IMG/VR virus record: IMGVR_UViG_3300025129_000005
Reading direction: 5' to 3' (one strand)
DNA from: a virus
Taxonomy: Duplodnaviria > Caudoviricetes
DNA length: 64,000 bases
Of this stretch, positions 57,021 through 64,000 are shown one piece after another. Position numbers and translations under genes: made by a program. The notes beneath the pieces were generated by a model. The model saw nothing but the letters and a program-made list of their open reading frames with translations. It ran no database searches and was not told where the DNA came from. Position 1 is the first letter of the stretch; each line of letters opens with the position of its first letter.

Positions 57021-57605
57021 ATGTTGGCTGTTAAGATATTTCCTTTAGATGAAAAGAAAGCTAGAATAACAGGTTCTGGTGATATACCAGAAGGGAGCAG
57101 TGATCCTACAGTGTATATAGGTGTTTCAGATGAAGTGTATAAATTTGTATGTGATAACATCGAAGAACATATATTAATCTGTCCTAGAAACGTGGAAGAA
57201 TTGAAAGTGGATATGATAGAGGTTAAGGCTGCCAATATTCTAATAGAGTTAAAACATACAGCTGTAAAGGCATACAAAAATTTCCATTTGGGTAGAGTTA
57301 TGGATCCAGAATTTCTCATTACATTTATAGATTATACCATGTTGAATAATAAATTTTGTTCACATGGGTTTTTTATAACACAGGATAATAAAGAAGAGAT
57401 GTATCTTGACATACTGAATACCGGTGATATGTCACTTATAGAATCATTGGAGCGATACCTTAATGTTTCTGATAAAATATGTGAGTATTGGTGCCATACG
57501 GATAATTTAATTAAATTCAAAGAAGAAATTTATAATGCCGAAAGTAGGGAAGAATTGGAAGAGATATATAAAAGGTATTGTTACGGTCAAAGTTTCATTA
57601 AGTAA
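57021..57605 (+). CDS. Hypothetical 194-aa protein, possible accessory factor of the radical SAM system
   Basis: SD aggagg; directly after the Cys-rich gene; no family recognised. Confidence 0.55.
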   Translation: MLAVKIFPLDEKKARITGSGDIPEGSSDPTVYIGVSDEVYKFVCDNIEEHILICPRNVEELKVDMIEVKAANILIELKHTAVKAYKNFHLGRVMDPEFLITFIDYTMLNNKFCSHGFFITQDNKEEMYLDILNTGDMSLIESLERYLNVSDKICEYWCHTDNLIKFKEEIYNAESREELEEIYKRYCYGQSFIK

Positions 57606-57609
57606 TTAA

Positions 57610-58476
57610 ATGTTTAGCGATAAAAACATTATATTATTCGGTTTGGTATTAGATGCCGAATCTAACATTACTCCAATGGGGTCATTATATGACGCATTGG
57701 AGTATTTTATGTTTATATATAAGCATAACAAAGATGTACATCTCATCTTTAATATAATTAAGATTAATCGGTATGTTAAGGATGTAAAAATAGAAAGTAT
57801 AAAGAATGAAATAGTAAAAATAATCAATGGTAAATATGACATAAGCGATTACTCATTTATGGGTAATGTTCATGTTCTGAATTTAAAAGACTTGTTCTTT
57901 AAAAATAAACCAAATATAGTCATGACTGTTGATCTTACGATGCCTTTCGGCTTTAAAAATTTTATGTGTAGAGCTAAAGAAGTCATAATAATACCTGAAT
58001 ATACGACCAGTATGTATTACTATAAATCAAAAAAGAATAAGGTTACCTATTTTACTGAAATGTCATTTTGTTATTCAGATGTCCCTTATAAAATGAAGAT
58101 TGATTTTGAATCGCATAAGAAGATAGATAAGTTTGATAATAAATTATATGTTAATTATCCAAAGTATGATGCTAAAAATAGACCAGAAGTGTTAGATTTT
58201 GCCTGTGATATAGGCAAAGAATTGTTGATTAAAGAAGATCGATATTTCTATGATCTTCATGAAAGGTTTGATGAATATGTTTATTTTCAATCGGATAGAT
58301 GGTTTGATCCTCACCCAAGATTATTTCATGAATGTAAATTATACAATAAACCCTATCACTATAAGAGTATTGGTGTAAAGGATGGATCTTATTATCGATA
58401 TAAAGATAGTCTGGCCGAGAATCTTAGTGACCGACAACTGACAAAGGATGATATTATTGTTAAAATGATGTCTTAA
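57610..58476 (+). CDS. Hypothetical protein, possibly glycosyltransferase(GT-B)-like
   Basis: C-terminal FDEYVY....FDPHPRLFHEC.LY.KP loosely resembles the GT-B E...EA...G.P motif; weak. Confidence 0.35.
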   Translation: MFSDKNIILFGLVLDAESNITPMGSLYDALEYFMFIYKHNKDVHLIFNIIKINRYVKDVKIESIKNEIVKIINGKYDISDYSFMGNVHVLNLKDLFFKNKPNIVMTVDLTMPFGFKNFMCRAKEVIIIPEYTTSMYYYKSKKNKVTYFTEMSFCYSDVPYKMKIDFESHKKIDKFDNKLYVNYPKYDAKNRPEVLDFACDIGKELLIKEDRYFYDLHERFDEYVYFQSDRWFDPHPRLFHECKLYNKPYHYKSIGVKDGSYYRYKDSLAENLSDRQLTKDDIIVKMMS

Positions 58477-58497
58477 TTAATAATTTGTGAGGTACCT

Positions 58498-59610
58498 ATG
58501 AAGGTTTTTTCTGAGAATGAGTGGAGTCCCCTGAAAGAAGTTATTGTTGGTTCTGCTTTTTCTGATTACGTTTTTGATGTCGACCTATCTTTTAAGTTGT
58601 TTTTTCGTGATAATTATTCTTGGGGAGCCAGAAAAGGATCCCCAGAAAGAATTGTAATAAAAAAGAAATATGTAGATGAATTACAAGAAGATGTTGAATG
58701 TTTTTCCGAAACACTCACAGACTTAGGTATTAATGTACACAGACCAAATGATATAAAAAAGGTCGTTAGGGTTAAAACTCCTCATTGGTCAACAGAAATA
58801 ATTCCAGCACTGAATGTTCGTGATCAGACCGTTATACTCGGTGATACTATTCTTGAAACATCACCATGTGTGAGGAATAGATATTTTGAAAACGACCTCA
58901 TGAAAGACATTTTTTATGAGGGTTTTCTTGATGGGGCTAATTGGATGGTGATGCCTAGACCTATCATGACCGATAACAGTTTTGACAGGAACCTTTTAGA
59001 TCACAAGTCAAAGTTGAACTCAATACCAGACAAACCGTTCGATCATAGCGATTTGTTCCTAAACCCAAACGATATCATACCTGATGCTAATGACCTGAAA
59101 ATACATGAAATGATGATTGATGGCGCTCAACTGGTACGTTTTGGGAAAGATATCATAATCAATATTTCCAACAAAAATCATTACTTGGGGTACCTGTGGA
59201 TTAAAAGACAATTCCCTCAGTATAATTACCATCCAGTTTATTCGCTGTGTGATAACCATTTGGATACACTGATAGTTCCTCTATGCGAAGGTGTTTTGTT
59301 GTTAAGGTCTAAGAAGTTTGAAGAATTCCTACCCCCATTTCTAAAAGATTGGAAGATCATATATCCACCTGAGATAAGAAGTGATATGTTCCCTAAATAT
59401 GATTCAACCGACCTTATATTAACATCACCATATATTGACATGAACATATTATCGGTTGATGGTAATAAGATAATTGTAAATGAGTTGTTCCCTGAACTAT
59501 CTGAACTGTTGTATAGTGAGGGGTTTGATCCCATTCCAGTGCGACACAGACATAGGAAGATATTTGCTGGTGGATTCCACTGTTTCACATTGGATCTGTT
59601 GAGAGGTTAG
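58498..59610 (+). CDS. Amidinotransferase (glycine / inosamine-phosphate amidinotransferase family, StrB1-like)
   Basis: NEW.PLKEVIVG, RD....G..I.E.P....RYFE, DGAQ, HLD, MN.LS.D and GGFHC.TLD catalytic motifs (Asp/His/Cys). Confidence 0.93.
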   Translation: MKVFSENEWSPLKEVIVGSAFSDYVFDVDLSFKLFFRDNYSWGARKGSPERIVIKKKYVDELQEDVECFSETLTDLGINVHRPNDIKKVVRVKTPHWSTEIIPALNVRDQTVILGDTILETSPCVRNRYFENDLMKDIFYEGFLDGANWMVMPRPIMTDNSFDRNLLDHKSKLNSIPDKPFDHSDLFLNPNDIIPDANDLKIHEMMIDGAQLVRFGKDIIINISNKNHYLGYLWIKRQFPQYNYHPVYSLCDNHLDTLIVPLCEGVLLLRSKKFEEFLPPFLKDWKIIYPPEIRSDMFPKYDSTDLILTSPYIDMNILSVDGNKIIVNELFPELSELLYSEGFDPIPVRHRHRKIFAGGFHCFTLDLLRG

Positions 59611-60366
59611 ATGGAAGTACAAGGAAAAAGGGTGATGTTTGGGCCACCAAGAGGATATACATCTTCTATATGGGATTATTTTAAGGTTCTTCCCGATTAT
59701 CATACTCACAAAACCAAAGAGTTTGACAGGGATACGATTCATGCCATGTCTGACGAAGATGCTTACAAAGAGTATTTACAAGGATATGATGGTTCGAAGC
59801 CATTTATAGATTGTTGTTTGTTGTATTATAACAACCATGCCAACTTATCGTTTATTAAGGATTTGTTATTTACCGATCTGGACTGCTCTGTGTATAATGT
59901 CAGGTCATACAAAGCCGCCGTAAAATCTTATTATCTAATGGTTATGAGAACCATGAATAAATTTTATATGGTCGATGATTTTGAATACTACGACCAAGCA
60001 GGTAAAGATAGGTTGTTTGATTTTGCATATAACCGATTCTCTGTTGAATGGCATCTAAACTATATTAAAAATACCTGTAGGTATAAAGGTGATGTATATT
60101 TCGTGCAAGGTGTTGATATACATGAAGTGATGAACACCTTTAATATGAGAATACCGAATTATGGATTACAGAAACTTAATTCGACAGCATCACATCTTGT
60201 GATTAAACCAAGACTCAAGTATATGCTTGAAAGGTTTAGAGAGTTCGAGCGGTACTGGTCAGACAATATAGAAAAATGTCATGCTGTTAGGGAGAACAAC
60301 ATTAAGATACTGAAAGAATCAAGATTCATAGGGAAATTTGACGAGGATTTATATAGACGTGAATAA
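59611..60366 (+). CDS. Sulfotransferase-like protein
   Basis: GPPRGYTSSIWDYF..LPD.....KEF resembles the G.PK.GT.SL..YL..HP.....KE..F PAPS-binding loop; divergent. Confidence 0.5.
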   Translation: MEVQGKRVMFGPPRGYTSSIWDYFKVLPDYHTHKTKEFDRDTIHAMSDEDAYKEYLQGYDGSKPFIDCCLLYYNNHANLSFIKDLLFTDLDCSVYNVRSYKAAVKSYYLMVMRTMNKFYMVDDFEYYDQAGKDRLFDFAYNRFSVEWHLNYIKNTCRYKGDVYFVQGVDIHEVMNTFNMRIPNYGLQKLNSTASHLVIKPRLKYMLERFREFERYWSDNIEKCHAVRENNIKILKESRFIGKFDEDLYRRE

Positions 60367-61339
60367 CAACCAAAAAATAAATCGAAAGTATTTAGAGCCT
60401 TTAATGAACTGGTGTCAAGAACATCCTTTAAGTGAGTTTGGTGTCATATATGATAATGAGAGATACTTTGCTGATTATCTTGGCGTTAAGACATTCAAGT
60501 TTGTGAATTCTGGCACATCAGCATTAGATTTGATAATGAAGAGAATATCTATCGATAGACCTAAACCTCTGATCTATGGACCCTCATTCTGTCATGTATC
60601 ATGGATCAATGTTTGTGAATGGAATGACTTTGAATATTATTTTGTTGATGTTAAGGAAGATACCCTATCTATTGATCCCGTAAAATTGAAGGAGATGATC
60701 GTAGAAAAAGGAGTTCCTGATATCGTTGTTATGGTTGATATGGGTGGTTACGTTGGCGATGATACGTTGACTGTGAGGGAGATATGCGACTCTCATGGTA
60801 TAATTTTGGTTGAAGATGCCGCGAATGCCTTCGGTCAACAGTATAAGGGTTATAAGGCTGGAACTATTGGTGATTTCTCATTCTTCTCATTTTCCAATCC
60901 CAAACTTCTGACGTGTGGTGAGGGGGGTGCTATTGTATGTAATGGTGACGACTTTAATGATTCTTTTGAGGAAATGATTTATCAGGGTGGATGGTATAAA
61001 TACGGAAAGTCCAGACGAACAAATGGTCTAAATTATATTATGTCTAACTGGATGACTCAGTTATTAAGATATCAATTAGATGACATAGAGACGATCCAGA
61101 AAGAACGTCATGACCAGTTTTTAGTATATTCGGATAAATTTAATTTATTTAGATATGATTCTGATAATAAATATTATTCGCCAAGTTATTACTGCTACAG
61201 ACAGAAAGGTGTATCAAAAAGGATATTCGAGCGTATGACTAAATTGGAAATGTATAGGTATAAAAACCATGATCCTGAGTGTAAAGTGGGTCAGTTGTTA
61301 GAAGATGAACTTGTATACCTTTATATGGAGTATAAATGA
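60338..61339 (+). CDS. DegT/DnrJ/EryC1/StrS-family PLP aminotransferase
   Basis: NSGTSAL, VD....T..IDP, LVEDAA.AFG..Y.G.KAGT.GD....SF...KLLTCGEGG. Start may be GTG 60359. Confidence 0.93.
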   Translation: MTRIYIDVNNNQKINRKYLEPLMNWCQEHPLSEFGVIYDNERYFADYLGVKTFKFVNSGTSALDLIMKRISIDRPKPLIYGPSFCHVSWINVCEWNDFEYYFVDVKEDTLSIDPVKLKEMIVEKGVPDIVVMVDMGGYVGDDTLTVREICDSHGIILVEDAANAFGQQYKGYKAGTIGDFSFFSFSNPKLLTCGEGGAIVCNGDDFNDSFEEMIYQGGWYKYGKSRRTNGLNYIMSNWMTQLLRYQLDDIETIQKERHDQFLVYSDKFNLFRYDSDNKYYSPSYYCYRQKGVSKRIFERMTKLEMYRYKNHDPECKVGQLLEDELVYLYMEYK

Positions 61340-62643
61340 AACTATTGTTTATTGACCTTCCGTTTCTTGATATGAAGAATAATGACCTTAATTTAGGGCT
61401 AAGGTATTTGTTGGGGTATTTAGACCAGAATGATATTGCCTATGACCTGCTTGACTTTAAAGGTACTGATTATTTAGAGAAGTATCGAAAGATCGTATAT
61501 TTCACTTCCACGAAAGCATATCAAAGTTACCGTGAAGATATTGAAAGACGAGAAAGTTTCAAACAAACGGTACATGAATTTATACCATATATCCAAACGT
61601 TTGATGTTGTAGCATTCAGTATCTTCTTTGAATTGAACAAGGTACATTTTGATGAAATGTATGAGACATTAAAACCACATTTAAAACCTAATCAAAAAGT
61701 GGTTATCGGTGGAAATTATCTACGACATTATGACCATCACCTTCAATTCAAAGACTTTGATGGTGATGTCGTTGTTGGACCGGGGGAGCCTTATTTCCAA
61801 AAAATGTTTGGTTTACCTGATTTTGATTTGTATTCATACAATCATTCACCTTGCACCAATCCTTACGCTGTTCCGATAATAGGATCCCATGGATGTGTCA
61901 ATAAATGTGTATTTTGTACACATAGAAGAATAGATATGTGGCACCGTAAGCCAGAGTACATTGTTAAAGAGATTGCTCATTTTTACACGAAATACCATAA
62001 AACTCGTTTTACTATAAAAATGGATAATATGTTAAATGATTACGAAAAACATAACGATTTGATGGAGAAGTTGTCCTTGTTAAACAGGACTATTTTAAGA
62101 TCAAAACTTAAATGGTCAACCAGTTTTTCTTTGTCGAGATATAAAGATTTTGTCGAAAAAGTTGATATCAATAAAATAAGAGAAGCTGGATGCGATACGT
62201 TACTTATAGGGGTGGAAAGCTATAATGAAAATGTCAGAAAATCGTTAAATAAGCCTAGATTTGATATGGATGATATAGAAAATTTTTATAAGTTATTTAG
62301 AGATAATGGGATCAAAGTTTGTCAGAATCTAATGATCGGATATATATCAGAAACTGATGATGATTTTGATAAAAGTGTTGAGATGACTAAGTATATTATG
62401 GATAGATACAGTGATGTTGTCGTTTATACGGACATTTGGACCTACATAATTAACAGCGAGTACAACTATAGAGGGTACGAAAAGGAATTGTATTTTAGAG
62501 AAGACGGTCATTGGGTGTATAGGGATAACACTCACGAAAAACGTATGCATCGTAAAGATGTAATGTTATCCTTGATGTCTAATTACGGTGAAAAACATTG
62601 TATGATAGTAGGACAAGACAATTCAGGAATTATTATGGTATAA
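61336..62643 (+). CDS. Cobalamin-binding radical SAM enzyme (class B methyltransferase-like)
   Basis: N-terminal B12 domain (LG..YL.GYL, VVIGG, V.GPGE); SHGC.NKC.FC; R.PE.IV.EI; IGVES. Confidence 0.88.
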   Translation: MKLLFIDLPFLDMKNNDLNLGLRYLLGYLDQNDIAYDLLDFKGTDYLEKYRKIVYFTSTKAYQSYREDIERRESFKQTVHEFIPYIQTFDVVAFSIFFELNKVHFDEMYETLKPHLKPNQKVVIGGNYLRHYDHHLQFKDFDGDVVVGPGEPYFQKMFGLPDFDLYSYNHSPCTNPYAVPIIGSHGCVNKCVFCTHRRIDMWHRKPEYIVKEIAHFYTKYHKTRFTIKMDNMLNDYEKHNDLMEKLSLLNRTILRSKLKWSTSFSLSRYKDFVEKVDINKIREAGCDTLLIGVESYNENVRKSLNKPRFDMDDIENFYKLFRDNGIKVCQNLMIGYISETDDDFDKSVEMTKYIMDRYSDVVVYTDIWTYIINSEYNYRGYEKELYFREDGHWVYRDNTHEKRMHRKDVMLSLMSNYGEKHCMIVGQDNSGIIMV

Positions 62644-62654
62644 AGAGGAGTAAC

Positions 62655-63779
62655 ATGTTATATTACAATCCGTTTGCAATGAAGAAAATTTTACATAAAA
62701 ATGATTATGAATATGATCTGTTTTATTTGAATAGGGCGGCTGCACCAAAGTTCGATAGGACGGGGTTATTCACCAAATTTGATATAAGTGAGAAATATAA
62801 TTTTCAATCTATATTCAGAATGCCAGATTTTTCAACCCCCTACAACAAAAACTTCGAGGAAACGGCTATGAATACGGCCAAGAAAATTGTTGAATCGGAA
62901 GAACAATTTAACTTATTTTGGTCAGGTGGTTTGGACTCAACAACAGTTTTGATATGTCTTCATCAATGGCGTGATATTATTAAGGATAAAATTAAGATTA
63001 TTATGACCAATGCTTCTATATACGATAATAATTATGCATACAATGAGATAATTAAACATAATTATGATCATGTTGTGTGTGATGATTTTGGTGGGGCTTT
63101 GGATTATTATTCATTAGAGTTTATGAATGTAACAGGGGATGCCAGTGAATCTATATACGGATGGTCTGGAGTTTTACAGAACTTTACGAGAGAGTTAGGG
63201 GTTGATGGGTTATATATAAAACTTAAGGATATTCCTAAACTCAGAAATAGAATAAGCATTGATAATTATGCAACATTCGAATATTATTTGAAATTGTATG
63301 AACTGATCAAGGTGACCCTACCAGCATGTCCTATAGATATAGTTGATGTTCAGGATTTGAATTGGTGGTTCGTGTTTAATTTCTGTTATCAATATGATGT
63401 GTTGAGGTTTATGGTACCACATCTTAAAAATTATAAGAAGTGCTGGGATAACATGAATGCCTTTTTTGCAAACGAGGAATGGCAATTATGGATATATAAT
63501 ACATATGAATCAACCATGAAAGGTTGTACTGACTTTAATTATTTTAAGAAGGATGAAATTAATTTTATCCATAAGTATTATCCAAAGATTGATATATCTG
63601 CTACTTATCCGCGAAAGACCAATGTGCATCTTAAATATTTAGCGCCAATAAATTTCTTAATGATAGATGATGATTATAACCTTATTGATTGCCCTGATTA
63701 TTTGAAGACAACAAAAAAGGAATTATTATGGAATTATAAGAACAAACCCATGGAAGAAGTTCAGATGTTGTTTGACTAA
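62655..63779 (+). CDS. PP-loop adenylating enzyme (asparagine-synthetase C-terminal-like)
   Basis: LFWSGGLDST PP-loop; VTGDASE. SD gaggag favours ATG 62655. Confidence 0.75.
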   Translation: MLYYNPFAMKKILHKNDYEYDLFYLNRAAAPKFDRTGLFTKFDISEKYNFQSIFRMPDFSTPYNKNFEETAMNTAKKIVESEEQFNLFWSGGLDSTTVLICLHQWRDIIKDKIKIIMTNASIYDNNYAYNEIIKHNYDHVVCDDFGGALDYYSLEFMNVTGDASESIYGWSGVLQNFTRELGVDGLYIKLKDIPKLRNRISIDNYATFEYYLKLYELIKVTLPACPIDIVDVQDLNWWFVFNFCYQYDVLRFMVPHLKNYKKCWDNMNAFFANEEWQLWIYNTYESTMKGCTDFNYFKKDEINFIHKYYPKIDISATYPRKTNVHLKYLAPINFLMIDDDYNLIDCPDYLKTTKKELLWNYKNKPMEEVQMLFD

Positions 63780-64000
63780 TGAGAACTACTACGCTTGTAT
63801 TGACAACTGATTGTGATTGGGATTGTAGTTATTGTAACGTCACAAAGTTCGGTAAATATGTTACCAGTAAAGAGAAAATTGATCGCCACCTTCCCTATAT
63901 TATGGAGTTGATAGGAGACTATAACTTCGTTTTAGCGGGGGGTGAGATTGGTCTGGTAGATCCTGATATCATTTCTAATCTGATGGTATCCATAGGAAAG
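63779..64000 (+). CDS. Radical SAM enzyme, 3'-truncated (absent from the ORF track)
   Basis: TAATG overlap; translates MRTTTLVLTTDCDWDCSYCNV...LAGGEIG, with CxxxCxxC and GGE motifs; open to the window end. Confidence 0.85.
   Translation, partial: MRTTTLVLTTDCDWDCSYCNVTKFGKYVTSKEKIDRHLPYIMELIGDYNFVLAGGEIGLVDPDIISNLMVSIGK

Noticed and set aside
62655-63779. QueC / 7-deazaguanine DNA-modification pathway
   Set aside because: SGGLDS is shared by all PP-loop enzymes. The protein is too long, lacks the QueC C-terminal Zn-Cys cluster, and no folE, queD or dpdA gene is seen in the window.
1-64000. tRNA/rRNA genes and stop-codon reassignment
   Set aside because: Intergenic gaps show no cloverleaf or T-loop motifs; core genes are intact in code 11 and end in all three stop codons.

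Overview
64 kb of an AT-rich, T4-like (gp23/gp20/gp55-type) myovirus genome. All credible genes lie on the + strand in standard code. Bases 1-52.4 kb are an almost uninterrupted late morphogenesis region: fibre genes; portal, protease, scaffold and major capsid; small and large terminase with a PIN-PhoH gene between them; neck gp13/gp14; gp15, gp3, sheath and tube; a gp26/gp51-like pair; tape measure; baseplate gp48/53/27/5/PAAR/25/6/7; more fibre genes with a GT2 glycosyltransferase; and the late sigma factor gp55. (T/C/G)ATAAATA-type late promoters recur. From 52.4 kb to the window end, directly behind a perfect TATAAATA late promoter, is a biosynthetic-looking island. It holds three radical SAM/SPASM-type enzymes next to a 364-aa protein with about 27 CxCxCxxx repeats (about 80 Cys). 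These are followed by an amidinotransferase, a sulfotransferase-like protein, a DegT/StrS aminotransferase, a B12-dependent radical SAM, a PP-loop enzyme and a fifth, truncated radical SAM. This island is the best candidate for an undescribed system: phage-encoded RiPP-like protein modification plus guanidino-sugar synthesis, probably acting on the virion. Other signals: a probable -1 frameshift (T TTT TTC) fusing gp26 to gp51 in the lambda G/GT position; a large terminase with no canonical start codon for its conserved N-terminus; a fibre gene broken by two homopolymer frameshifts; leaderless late genes with capsid-targeting-like N-termini; and a late promoter inside a hairpin loop. All family assignments come from motif recognition by eye; no database searches were run.
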